A stretch of DNA of 43,382 nucleotides from an uncultured archaeon (GTDB lineage: Archaea > Iainarchaeota > Iainarchaeia > Iainarchaeales > GCA-2688035). The position numbers and the translations under genes are program-made. This document shows, piece after piece, positions 8,885-18,076 of this stretch. The number at the start of each line of letters is the position of its first letter. Within the stretch, counting starts at the first letter, position 1. Under the pieces are notes generated by a model. It ran no database searches and had not been told where the DNA came from. It saw only the letters and a list, made by a program, of their open reading frames with translations. The stretch is from NCBI GenBank assembly GCA_964354805.1, contig CAYHBD010000043.1:1-43382 (forward strand), given 5' to 3'.

Positions 8885-10171
8885 TTAGTTCTTTTTTTTC
8901 CCGAGAACCGACAGCAAGTATTTTGCCCCGCTTGCCAGCAGTTTAGGGTTTTTTGCAATTCTTTTCAAAGCATAGCCTGGCCTGAGGTAAACGCTTTTGT
9001 ATGCTTTTTTGTACATGCTTTCAACCAATTCCCTGTTGAGGCAGCCGTACTCGTAGTATGCTTTGCCTGTGTAGCTTCCGTATTTGCTGAAATCCTTTAT
9101 CAGAAACTTCCCCTGTTTTTCAACCAAATCATATAACTGAGTGCCTGGGTAAGGCGTTGTAATAGTGAATTGGATTAAATCCAAATCCAGTTCCTTTGCG
9201 AAATCAATTGTTTCCTGCATTGTTTGCATGTCATCAAAAGGCAGTGCAATCATGAAGAAACCAATTGTTTCAATTCCAGCTTCCTTAGCCCAGCGCACTG
9301 CATCCCTAACCTGCTGCAAATTGATTCTTTTGCCTATTTTGTCCAGAACAGCCTGGTTTCCTGATTCAATGCCAAAGCTGAGCTGGTAGCAGCCAGCATT
9401 ATGCATCAGCCTAAGCAGCTGCGGGTCAACAGAATCAACCCTTACTCCATTCGGGCAATTCCACAAAATTTTAAAGCGCCTTTCAATCATTCCCTTGCAA
9501 ATTTCCTCAACTCTCTTCTTGTCAAGTGAAAAGTTGTCGTCAACAAAACCAATTTCCTTAACGCCATAATTTTCAATCAAATAGCCGATTTCGCTTAAAA
9601 CGTTTGCACTGCTTCTTTTCCTGTACGTGTTTCCAAAAACCCCTTTAAAGCAATAGATGCAGCTGAAAGGGCACCCCCTGCTTGACATAACAGAGAGATA
9701 GTTGTGCTTTCTTGTAACAGCCTTATACTCGTGCAAAGGCAGCCCGCTCCAATCAGGGAAAGGAAGAGTGTCCAGATCCTTGATCAGCTCGCTGTGCAGA
9801 ATTTTTTCCCTGCTTTCAAAAACACGCAAAATGCTATTTTCGCCCTCGCCAACAATCACCTTGTCAGCGTGCTGCAGGCATTCATTCGGAAAAATTGTTG
9901 CATGCGGACCCCCCATCACAACCTTTTTGCCTTGCCTTCTCAAATCGTCGCTCAGGGCAAAAGCCTTTGCAGCAGCAGGCGTGCAAACGCTCAGCCCAAC
10001 CCACTCGCTATCAATGCCTTCAATCTGCTGCCCTGCCTGCTGGTCAATCGGCTTCACAGCAATGCCCTGCCGCTTCAATACTGCTTGAAGGTAAGCGAGC
10101 CAAAGAGGCGGCGATGCATGCGCTGCGTAGACATCAGCAGCCAAATTTATTAAAGTGATTGAATCACGCAT
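8885..10171 (-). CDS. Cobalamin-binding radical SAM protein (paralog 2)
   Basis: PPLWLAYL, GGPHAT, GEGE, SRGCPFSCIYC, GIESG, PYPGT. Confidence 0.92.
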   Translation of the reverse strand: MRDSITLINLAADVYAAHASPPLWLAYLQAVLKRQGIAVKPIDQQAGQQIEGIDSEWVGLSVCTPAAAKAFALSDDLRRQGKKVVMGGPHATIFPNECLQHADKVIVGEGENSILRVFESREKILHSELIKDLDTLPFPDWSGLPLHEYKAVTRKHNYLSVMSSRGCPFSCIYCFKGVFGNTYRKRSSANVLSEIGYLIENYGVKEIGFVDDNFSLDKKRVEEICKGMIERRFKILWNCPNGVRVDSVDPQLLRLMHNAGCYQLSFGIESGNQAVLDKIGKRINLQQVRDAVRWAKEAGIETIGFFMIALPFDDMQTMQETIDFAKELDLDLIQFTITTPYPGTQLYDLVEKQGKFLIKDFSKYGSYTGKAYYEYGCLNRELVESMYKKAYKSVYLRPGYALKRIAKNPKLLASGAKYLLSVLGKKKN

Positions 10172-10240
10172 AGTTGAACCAACCGTTAATAAAAATAAAC
10201 AAAAACAAATTATTAAAAAAACATTAACAACAAAAAAAAA

Positions 10241-10312
10241 TTAATTTAAAAAAATCAACAAATTAATTAAAGTGATTGAGTTCGCCATAGTTGCACCAAT
10301 AAGTTAATAAAT
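10241..10312 (-). repeat. Decayed upstream duplicate of the 5' end and leader of the 8885..10171 gene
   Basis: The copy at 10288 reads MANSITLINLLIFLN* versus gene MRDSITLINL; leader ttattaacttattggtgcaact versus ttattaacggttggttcaact; offset 117 nt. Confidence 0.85.
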
Positions 10313-10376
10313 AATCAACAAGGTAAATTATTTTAATACCCTTAAATTAAAAGAACCTCTGGGTTGCTGATTTTTT

Positions 10377-11792
10377 ATGAACATTGTTTTCTTGAACCCT
10401 CCTTTCAAGGAGGGCTACAACAGGGAAGTCAGGTTCCAGGCTGTTTCACCCCAAAAAGCACTGCACCCGCCGATAATGCTTGCATATGCAGCTGCTGTCT
10501 GCAGGCAACAGGGCCACAAAGTCGACTTAATTGACGCGCCCGCACTCGAGCTTTCAGCAGAGCAGACAATTGAAAGGATTGTGGCAATTAAGCCAAGCTA
10601 TGCTGTTCTGCTTACATCAACAGCATCAGTGCAGAGCGATGCAGCGCTTGCAAAAAAAATAGCAGCCCTAACAGGCGCTAAAACAGTTGCAGTAGGAGTG
10701 CACGCTACGGCAGCTCCAGAAGACACCCTGCAGAAAGGATTTGACATAGTTGCAAGAGGCGAATATGATTACACAATAAGGGACTTGGCCAATGGAACGG
10801 AATTGCGCAAAGTGCTGGGCATTTCTTTCAAAAAAGGAAAAAAAATAATTCACAATGAGCCACGCCCTCTAATACGCAACCTTGATGAACTGCCTTTTCC
10901 AGCAAGGGAATTCCTGCCGAATGAAAAATATTACAGCGCATTGTACAAGAACCCATTCACTTTTGTCCTGGCAGGCAGGGGCTGCCCTAACCAGTGCATT
11001 TTCTGCGCCGGCCCGAAACTGATGTTTGGCAGGGCTTACAGGCTGAGGTCACCGCAAAACATTGTTGCAGAATTGAAGCATCTTAAGGAAAACTTTAATT
11101 TCAAAAGCGTCCTCTTCAATGACGACACTTTGAATGTAAACAAAAGCCATCTGCTTGAATTATGCAGCCTCATGGTAAAAGAAAAAATCGACTTGCCCTG
11201 GGCTGCCTACAGCAGGGTTGACACTGTTGACAGGGAGATAGCAGCAGCAATGAAAAAAGCAGGCTGCTTTTTGGTAAAGGTCGGCTTTGAGTCAGGCTGC
11301 AATGAATTGCTGCAGTCAATGAAAAAAGGCCCAAGGGCAACAACAGAACAGGCAATTAAATGCGCCCACTATTTCAAAGAGGCAGGCATCCAGGTGCATG
11401 GAACATTTGTTTTCGGAATGCCAGGCGAAACAGCGGAAACAATAAGAAAAACAATTGATTTCGCAAAAAAGCTTGACATTGATTTCGTTCAATTCAGCAT
11501 AGCCCAGCCTTATCCAGGCACAGAATTTTACAATTACCTTGAAAGCAACGGCATGCTATGCTTCAATGAATGGAGCGACTACCTTGATGCAGAGGGCAGA
11601 ATCACCCCTATATTTGAGTACCCGCATTTAAGCAAGAGCGAGATGTGCTACTGGATAAAGCAGGCATACAAAGAATACTATTTGAGGCCAAGCTATATCC
11701 TTAAAGCACTAAGGCAGAGGGCAACAAACTGGAATCTGCTCAAAACAAGCATTTCAAGCGCCTTCAATCTGATTCAGTACATGAGAAGCTGA
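10377..11792 (+). CDS. Cobalamin-binding radical SAM protein (paralog 3, HpnJ-like features)
   Basis: PPIMLAYAAA, GVHAT, RGEYD, GRGCPNQCIFC, GFESG, HGTFVFGMPGE, PYPGT. Confidence 0.92.
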   Translation: MNIVFLNPPFKEGYNREVRFQAVSPQKALHPPIMLAYAAAVCRQQGHKVDLIDAPALELSAEQTIERIVAIKPSYAVLLTSTASVQSDAALAKKIAALTGAKTVAVGVHATAAPEDTLQKGFDIVARGEYDYTIRDLANGTELRKVLGISFKKGKKIIHNEPRPLIRNLDELPFPAREFLPNEKYYSALYKNPFTFVLAGRGCPNQCIFCAGPKLMFGRAYRLRSPQNIVAELKHLKENFNFKSVLFNDDTLNVNKSHLLELCSLMVKEKIDLPWAAYSRVDTVDREIAAAMKKAGCFLVKVGFESGCNELLQSMKKGPRATTEQAIKCAHYFKEAGIQVHGTFVFGMPGETAETIRKTIDFAKKLDIDFVQFSIAQPYPGTEFYNYLESNGMLCFNEWSDYLDAEGRITPIFEYPHLSKSEMCYWIKQAYKEYYLRPSYILKALRQRATNWNLLKTSISSAFNLIQYMRS

Positions 11793-11806
11793 CAGCCGGC
11801 GATTGA

Positions 11807-11971
11807 ATGAAAATACTTTTCAAAACATCAGCCTTTTCAAAATCAAAAGAAGATGAACAAAATGAAAATCCTGTTCATAACATCAACTTTTCTGAAATCA
11901 AAAGAGGATGAACAAAAATGAAAATACTTTTCATAACCTCAACCTTCCTGAAATCAAAAGAGGATGAACAG
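11807..11971 (+). repeat. Three tandem copies (55-56 nt period) of the first 18 codons of the GT4 gene
   Basis: ATGs at 11807, 11862 and 11918 read MKILFKTSAFSKSKEDEQ, MKILFITSTFLKSKEDEQK* and MKILFITSTFLKSKEDEQL... Confidence 0.95.
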
Positions 11972-13165
11972 CTTGACTTTGTATTTGAGGTGGCAAGCGC
12001 TTTCAAAAGAAAAGGCCACGAGGTAATGGTGTTGGCTGCGCATGGCGCTGGCGCACAAAAACAGCATTCAATTGACGGAATAAAAGTAAGGCGCTTCCAA
12101 TACTTTTGGCCAGGCAAAATGCAAAGAATAGCTTACGGCGCTGGAATAGCCCAAAACATTAGAAACAGCCTGCTTGCAAAAGCGCAATTCATTCCATACA
12201 TAATAAGCTGCGCGCTTGCAACCAGAAAGGCAGTGAAAGAATTCAAGCCAGACATTGTCCAGGCATTGTGGAGCTTTCCTCAAGGCTTTGCTGCAGCGCT
12301 TGCAAGAAAGACAATGCGATTTCCGCTTGCAATGCACTTGTTTGGAGCAGAAATATACCTGGCCAAGGGCTTGCACATGCCTTTTCTTGCCACTTGGCCA
12401 ACAAGCCATGCTGACATGCTGACAGCAAACAGCGAGGCAACAAAAAAAGCGGCAATCTCACTTGGCATAAAGAAGCCAATAAGCGTTCTATTCTGCGGCG
12501 GAGTGAATATGCAAAGATACAATCCAAAAAACAACGGCAGTGAAATAAGGAAAAAACACGGCTTCCTGAAAGAGGAAATTATTTTTGTAATGGGCAGATT
12601 GGTTGAAAGAAAAGGGCATGTTTTTCTGGTTAGGGCAATGCCGTTAATATTGAAGCGCTTTCCAAACGCAAAGCTGATAATCGGCGGCGGTGGCCCGGAA
12701 GAAGAAAACATCAGGAAAGAAATAGGGAAACTAAATCTGCAGCAGAACGTGATTTTGACCGGAAGAATACCAATACCCTTACTCCCAAAATATTATGCCG
12801 CCTGTGATGTCTTCTGCCTGCCTGCAATCATTGACAGCAAAGGCGAAACAGAGGGGGGTCAAGGATTGGTCATAGGCGAGGCAATGGCATCTGCTAAGCC
12901 TGTTGTTGCATCAAACGTTGGCGGCATACCTGATGCAATAAAACACAATGAAAATGGCTTGCTTGTTGAACAACGAAACCCAAAGCAGCTTGCAGATGCA
13001 ATCTGCAGGATTCTCTCGGACAAAGCGCTTTCGGCAAGGCTTTCAAAAGCTGGAATTTCCTTTGTTGCCAGGGAAGCAAGCTATGATGTGTACGTTGACA
13101 GGTGCATTGAAAACTACGAAAAAATGCTGAGCAAGCTATCTAATCATGTTAAGGAAAATTCTTAA
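11918..13165 (+). CDS. GT4 (GT-B) glycosyltransferase
   Basis: MGRLVERKG, GGGP, DVFCLP, EGGQGLVIGEAMASAKPVVASNVGGIPD. Confidence 0.92.
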   Translation: MKILFITSTFLKSKEDEQLDFVFEVASAFKRKGHEVMVLAAHGAGAQKQHSIDGIKVRRFQYFWPGKMQRIAYGAGIAQNIRNSLLAKAQFIPYIISCALATRKAVKEFKPDIVQALWSFPQGFAAALARKTMRFPLAMHLFGAEIYLAKGLHMPFLATWPTSHADMLTANSEATKKAAISLGIKKPISVLFCGGVNMQRYNPKNNGSEIRKKHGFLKEEIIFVMGRLVERKGHVFLVRAMPLILKRFPNAKLIIGGGGPEEENIRKEIGKLNLQQNVILTGRIPIPLLPKYYAACDVFCLPAIIDSKGETEGGQGLVIGEAMASAKPVVASNVGGIPDAIKHNENGLLVEQRNPKQLADAICRILSDKALSARLSKAGISFVAREASYDVYVDRCIENYEKMLSKLSNHVKENS

Positions 13166-14569
13166 GTCTCTTTTATTCAAATCACGCAGCAAGAACAAAA
13201 TCGCTGCATAAAGCAACAGCAGCACACAATATTTTGCAGCCAACAACAGACCGCTTACACCCCAGTTGATTGAGACAAAGAAAACAACAAGCCCTGCCGC
13301 AAGTATTTTCAAAGCGCTCTTTGCTGAAACAAGGGTTTTGAATTTATGCAAAAGGAATATTCCTGCCAGGATTAAGCCCACAGTGCTGCCAGCAAGCGTT
13401 GCAAGCGCTGCGCCAGCCAACAGCATTGTTGGAACAAGCAGTGCATTCAAGACAGCCGATGTGCTTAATGCTGCAATTGATATTGCCATGGCTGTCCTCG
13501 GCCTGTTCGCTGCCGCAATTATCGTTGCCTCAACTATGAAAAGCGTGTAAATAGCGAAGGCAAAGCAAAGAATCGGCAAGGGTGCTGCGCCTGGCAAATA
13601 CCTTTCAGGGTAAATCAGTGAAATGAGCTCTGCAGGGGTTGAAGCAAACAAAAACGCGACAGGCGCGATGACAAGCAGGCAGTACCTCATTGTGTTTGAA
13701 ATGTAGAACCTGGTCTTTTGCAGGTTGCGCTGAAAGGTTGTTGCACTTACCAGGGGAAAAACAGCGAAAGCAATAGCTGAAATAACCATGGGGAAAATTT
13801 TTGCAATAGTTGCGGCAGCAGCATAATAGCCTGCGAGCAAACCGCTCTGCTCCCCGCTCAGGGCCTTTACAGCAAACAAATCAATGCTGGTTAAAAGGTC
13901 CAATACGATTGAAAACAGGAAGATCGGCGCCATGAATGCAACAAATCTCCCATAGTTGAATGCAGCAGCTTTTGGCTTTGCTTTGCTCCTTGTCAAGAAA
14001 AAACCGGCCAGCATCGAAACAAACGATGCAAGCACGAAGCCTGCTATTGCGCCGGCCAGGCCGTTCAGATAAGCCAGTGATACAATTAGAACAAGCTTTA
14101 ATGTTGCGTAAAAAGCCCTCAGCTTTGACTGCGTTGCAAACAGGTTCAGCCCATTCAGGCAGCCCATAAAAACAGAGAAAACAGGGTGCAGCAGCAGCAA
14201 GAGGGCTGTAAGCTGGATGAATGGCGTTAATGTTGTGTCGCCAAACGCTGCAGCAATAAGTCCGCTGAGCGCAAAGTATGCGATGAAAAGAGCAAACCCG
14301 AACAGAATCATCAGCAATGCAGCGCTTTTTCTCACAATTTGGACTGAAGATGGATCTTCGCTGACGAACTTGCTTACGCTCTGCTGTACTGATTTCACCA
14401 GAACCATTTCAATAATGCCGACAATCGAAATCACGACAGCGTAAGCCCCGAGCAATTCAGGGCCGATCAGCAGCCTGCCAAGGAAAAAGTAAATCAGATA
14501 GTTTGCTGCAAAAGAAAACCCGTTTGAGCTTACAAGCAGAAAAGTGCCCCGCTCAATCCGTTCAGCCAA
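13136..14569 (-). CDS. Wzx-like oligosaccharide flippase
   Basis: Polytopic; GPELLGAY, IDLFAVK..AGYYAAA, LVPTMLLAGAALAT; 3' end overlaps the convergent GT4 by 30 nt. Confidence 0.88.
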   Translation of the reverse strand: MAERIERGTFLLVSSNGFSFAANYLIYFFLGRLLIGPELLGAYAVVISIVGIIEMVLVKSVQQSVSKFVSEDPSSVQIVRKSAALLMILFGFALFIAYFALSGLIAAAFGDTTLTPFIQLTALLLLLHPVFSVFMGCLNGLNLFATQSKLRAFYATLKLVLIVSLAYLNGLAGAIAGFVLASFVSMLAGFFLTRSKAKPKAAAFNYGRFVAFMAPIFLFSIVLDLLTSIDLFAVKALSGEQSGLLAGYYAAAATIAKIFPMVISAIAFAVFPLVSATTFQRNLQKTRFYISNTMRYCLLVIAPVAFLFASTPAELISLIYPERYLPGAAPLPILCFAFAIYTLFIVEATIIAAANRPRTAMAISIAALSTSAVLNALLVPTMLLAGAALATLAGSTVGLILAGIFLLHKFKTLVSAKSALKILAAGLVVFFVSINWGVSGLLLAAKYCVLLLLYAAILFLLRDLNKRDLRIFLNMIR

Positions 14570-14575
14570 ATCAAA

Positions 14576-15250
14576 TCACTTCTTCCTGCACACAACAATG
14601 AAGTAGCTGCCGAAGAGGGTTAAAGGCGTTTTGCTCAGGCTGCGCTCAACAGCCCTTGTTATTTTGCCTATAACAGGCAGGCTGAAGAAAAACGAGCCAG
14701 GGGCAGCAATTCTGATTCCCTTAACTGCTTCAATTGAAAGCTGCCCTGGCAGAATGCGCTTGATTGAAGCAAGCGAATCATATCTTGTGAAAATTTTTTT
14801 CCTGATGAAAAAATTCGTCAGCCTCTTTATGCTCCTGCTGTTGTAGAATTCCAAAACAACAAAGCCATTGCTTTTTGCAAGCCTGGCTGCCTCATCCAGC
14901 GATTTTTCAATTTCTTTGATGTGGGCAAGAACCTTGAAAGAGCAGACAACATCAAAGCTGCCGCTTTTGAAGGGCAGGGCAACTGCATCCGCTCTTGCAA
15001 CAGAAAGCCCTTTTGCTGCCGCACTGTGCAGCATTTCCTGGGACAAATCAACTCCAACAGCGCTTTCCGCTTCTTTTCGTATTTGCTGCAATATCAATCC
15101 AGTGCCGCATCCGATCTCCAGAACACTCTTTCCCTTGGTAAAAGGTTTCACTGTTTCAATCTCCATTTCATTCACGAAGCCGAAGTAGCCGTGCAATCTC
15201 TTGCTGTCATATTCTTTGCTGAATTCATCATAGTAGTCTTCATTTTTCAT
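14576..15250 (-). CDS. Class I SAM-dependent methyltransferase (type 11)
   Basis: VLEIGCGTG, GVDLS, ADAVALPF..SFDVV. Confidence 0.9.
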   Translation of the reverse strand: MKNEDYYDEFSKEYDSKRLHGYFGFVNEMEIETVKPFTKGKSVLEIGCGTGLILQQIRKEAESAVGVDLSQEMLHSAAAKGLSVARADAVALPFKSGSFDVVCSFKVLAHIKEIEKSLDEAARLAKSNGFVVLEFYNSRSIKRLTNFFIRKKIFTRYDSLASIKRILPGQLSIEAVKGIRIAAPGSFFFSLPVIGKITRAVERSLSKTPLTLFGSYFIVVCRKK

Positions 15251-15254
15251 CCAA

Positions 15255-16337
15255 TCACTTCTTCACGGCTTCCGCGCAAATCTGCAAAAATTTTTCAGCA
15301 GAGGGCTTGATATCAAATTTGCGTTCAACTGTTTTTCTTGCAGCCCTGCCAAGCCTGGCCCTCAAGCTGGGATTGCTGTACAATTTTTTTATTGCCTCAG
15401 CAAGTTCGTCATCATCCCTAACCAAAAAACCGTTTTTGCCGTCCTCAATAATGCTGTTCAGGACGCTTACATCGCTGCCGACAACAGGCTTCCCAAATGC
15501 CATTGCCTCGATTGCAGCCATTGAAACTCCGAGAACCGAGCCGCTTGCCCTGAAGGGCAGAACAACGAAATCGCAGCTGTTCAACAATGGCAAGTGTTTT
15601 TGCGGTTCACCGAAGAAAGTAATGCCTTTCATTGATTTAATTTCCTGCTGCAACTGATTCGCCATTGTTCCGCCCTCGTAGTCAGTTCCGGCAAAAACAA
15701 GCTCTGCATTCCGCAAGCGCAGCTGCTTGAATGCCTGCAGCAGCCTGTCAGGGCCTTTGATATAATGGAAGTGCCCGAAAAAGCCGATCATTATTTTTCC
15801 GCTCTTTTTGATTTTTTGCTTTGGAAAAAGCGAAAGGTCAAGGCCTGGCAAAAGCAAAACAGCTTTATTGCCAGCTGCCTTCGAAAAATATCTGTACAGG
15901 GAATTGTTTGTGCAAATTACTTTGCCAACAAATGCAGTTCCTGTTCCAAGAAGCATTGGGGGAATTTCATTGTTGAATTCTGTTAACTGGTGCAGTATAA
16001 ATGGGGTGTTTCCAAGGGCAATTCTCATGCAAACAAGCAGTGGCGGAAGCAAAATGGAGGAGGAAAGCCCTGAGCCGAAAACAACAAGGTCAGGTTTCAG
16101 CTTTTTTGCCGCAATGGCGGCATTCAATGCAAACGGCTGCGGAACCCTGATTGTCTTGAATTCTGTTTCCTTCTTCTTATCCCTCTCTTCAAGGTTTTCA
16201 AGGGCAATTACAGTCAAGTCTGCCTTTTTGCGCAGCTCGGCGCACAGCCTCGAGGCATACTGCAGTGTTCCGCTCACCCTTGGCAGTGGGGGAAAATTCT
16301 TTGTAATGTAAACCAGCCTGAGTTTAGAAGAAGCCAT
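15255..16337 (-). CDS. GT4 (GT-B) glycosyltransferase
   Basis: FFGHFHYIKG, DFVVLP, IEAMAFGKPVVGSD, DGKNGFLV. Confidence 0.88.
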   Translation of the reverse strand: MASSKLRLVYITKNFPPLPRVSGTLQYASRLCAELRKKADLTVIALENLEERDKKKETEFKTIRVPQPFALNAAIAAKKLKPDLVVFGSGLSSSILLPPLLVCMRIALGNTPFILHQLTEFNNEIPPMLLGTGTAFVGKVICTNNSLYRYFSKAAGNKAVLLLPGLDLSLFPKQKIKKSGKIMIGFFGHFHYIKGPDRLLQAFKQLRLRNAELVFAGTDYEGGTMANQLQQEIKSMKGITFFGEPQKHLPLLNSCDFVVLPFRASGSVLGVSMAAIEAMAFGKPVVGSDVSVLNSIIEDGKNGFLVRDDDELAEAIKKLYSNPSLRARLGRAARKTVERKFDIKPSAEKFLQICAEAVKK

Positions 16338-16352
16338 GGCAATCAGTGCATT

Positions 16353-16426
16353 TTACCTTCCGATTCCAAAACAAATTTTTTTAAAAAATCAAAAAAATGT
16401 TACCTTCCGATTCCGAAATAAATTAT
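16353..16426 (-). repeat. Tandem duplicate of the last codons and stop of the 16400..17689 gene
   Basis: Gene end att tat ttc gga atc gga agg taa; copy 47 nt downstream att tgt ttt gga atc gga agg taa. Confidence 0.85.
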
Positions 16427-17689
16427 GCCTTTTTCGATTATGCCATGCTTGTCCAGGCAGTTCCTTGCATCAACAATGCTTTTAACCCTGTTTTTCTTGA
16501 GGAAAGCAGGGGAAAGCTTTTCAACAAATGCTTTATGATGCGTTGCCAATACAATGCAGTCTGCTTTGCTGACGGCCTGCTTGAGGGATTGCACAGCACT
16601 CAAGCCAGGCAGGAAAGGGTCGAATGCAATCGGCTTAATGCCCCTCCTTTTTAGCAGCTGGATTATTTTTATTGCAGGGCTTTCCCTTGTGTCATCGACA
16701 TTCGGCTTGTACGCAAGGCCCAATACAACAACCCTTGCCTTAGCAGGCTTTAATCCAAGCCTGTGCAGGCTCTTTGCAGCAAGCGAAACAACATGCAATG
16801 GCATTGAATTGTTTATCTCCCTTGCAAGCTGCAAAAACCTGTGGGTAAAGCCAGCTTCTTTTGCCCTTGCAATCAAATAGTATGGGTCCTGCGCAATGCA
16901 GTGGCCTCCAACGCCTGGCCCAGGCCAGAAAGGCATGAAGCCAAAGGGCTTTGTTGTCGCTCCCTTAATCACTTCGCTTAAATCAACCCCCATTTTTTCA
17001 AAGCTTTTCGCAAGCTCGTTCACAAAAGCTATGTTTATGTCCCTGAAAGTGTTTTCAACAACCTTCACTGCCTCGGCTTCCTCAGGCTTGCTGAGCGCAA
17101 CTATTTTCGCTTTAATTATTTTCCTGTAAAAGGAAAGCCCTTTCCTTTCGCCCTCCTTGCTCAAGGCAGAAAAAACCCTTGATATGTTCTGCAAACGCCA
17201 TAGCTTGTTGCCTGGGTCAATCCTTTCAGGGCAGTGGGCCAAAAAGAAGTCTCGCTCTGCTTTCAGACCGCTGCTTTCAATTATAGGCTTGACTATGTGC
17301 CTCAGCGTTCCAGGGTAAACAGTTGACTCAATAACAATAAGCGGCTTTTTTTCAGGCTGCAAATGCATGGCAATTGCTTTGCACGCGCTCCTCACAGGCT
17401 TTAAATCAGGCTTGTTTCCCTTTGCTGGAGTGGGAACGCAGACAACTATTATGCCGCAGCCCTGCATTGCGATTTTCGGATTGCTGCTCACCGCAATTTT
17501 TTTGTACACGCTTTTCAGATTTTTTTCCAGCATCTCATCCTTAATCGGGCTTTTTCCATTGCGAATCAAAGAAACCTTTTTTTTATTCAAATCAAAGCCC
17601 TTTACATTGAAGCCCTTTGCAGCGCAAAGGCATGCAAGAGGCAGGCCTACATAGCCCAAGCCAACAATGCAGACAGTATCTTTCACCAT
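16400..17689 (-). CDS. UDP-N-acetylhexosamine dehydrogenase (WbpA/WecC family)
   Basis: GLGYVGLP, CVPTP, ESTVYPG, CPERIDPG, KVVENTFRDINIAFVNE, TKPFGF, GPGVGGHCI, DTRESP. Confidence 0.93.
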   Translation of the reverse strand: MVKDTVCIVGLGYVGLPLACLCAAKGFNVKGFDLNKKKVSLIRNGKSPIKDEMLEKNLKSVYKKIAVSSNPKIAMQGCGIIVVCVPTPAKGNKPDLKPVRSACKAIAMHLQPEKKPLIVIESTVYPGTLRHIVKPIIESSGLKAERDFFLAHCPERIDPGNKLWRLQNISRVFSALSKEGERKGLSFYRKIIKAKIVALSKPEEAEAVKVVENTFRDINIAFVNELAKSFEKMGVDLSEVIKGATTKPFGFMPFWPGPGVGGHCIAQDPYYLIARAKEAGFTHRFLQLAREINNSMPLHVVSLAAKSLHRLGLKPAKARVVVLGLAYKPNVDDTRESPAIKIIQLLKRRGIKPIAFDPFLPGLSAVQSLKQAVSKADCIVLATHHKAFVEKLSPAFLKKNRVKSIVDARNCLDKHGIIEKGIIYFGIGR

Positions 17690-17802
17690 TTGAAAACCCG
17701 AAAAAATATAATTAAACTGTATTTAGAGCAATTAAAAAAATAGCGGGATTTTTTTAAAGCAATTACTGTGCGACTGTTGTACTACACTTATGCACCAGCA
17801 AC

Positions 17803-18027
17803 TCAACTCAAATCGCCAAATTCAAATATGTTCTCATCCCTTGAAATGCTGCTCCTGCACCAGCATTTTGCAGCATCAGCCTGCAGAACAGTGTCAAAGC
17901 CGTTTGCAGCGCATTTTTCAGTGCATGGGCCAAGGTAAGGGTTTGGCAAGCTGAGCAAGACAACGCCTGCAAAGAACCAAATTGCGAGAAATGCAACAAA
18001 AACTTTTACCAAAAAAGCCTGTTTCAT
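17803..18027 (-). CDS. Small membrane-anchored Cys-rich hypothetical protein
   Basis: N-terminal hydrophobic helix, then CTEKC...KCWC; co-oriented with its neighbours and fills the gap between them. Confidence 0.65.
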   Translation of the reverse strand: MKQAFLVKVFVAFLAIWFFAGVVLLSLPNPYLGPCTEKCAANGFDTVLQADAAKCWCRSSISRDENIFEFGDLS

Positions 18028-18076
18028 GCCGCAAAACCCAGAAAATGTTTTTCCCGCGCCGCTTTTAGTTATTTCT

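Noticed and set aside
11807-11971. CRISPR-like periodic repeats (also 23776-23943 and 26015-26122)
   Set aside because: Only three degenerate units each, no unique spacers, no cas genes; the units are copies of the adjacent coding sequence.
13136-13165. 30-nt overlap of convergent GT4 and flippase genes
   Set aside because: Common in compact genomes; no further signal.
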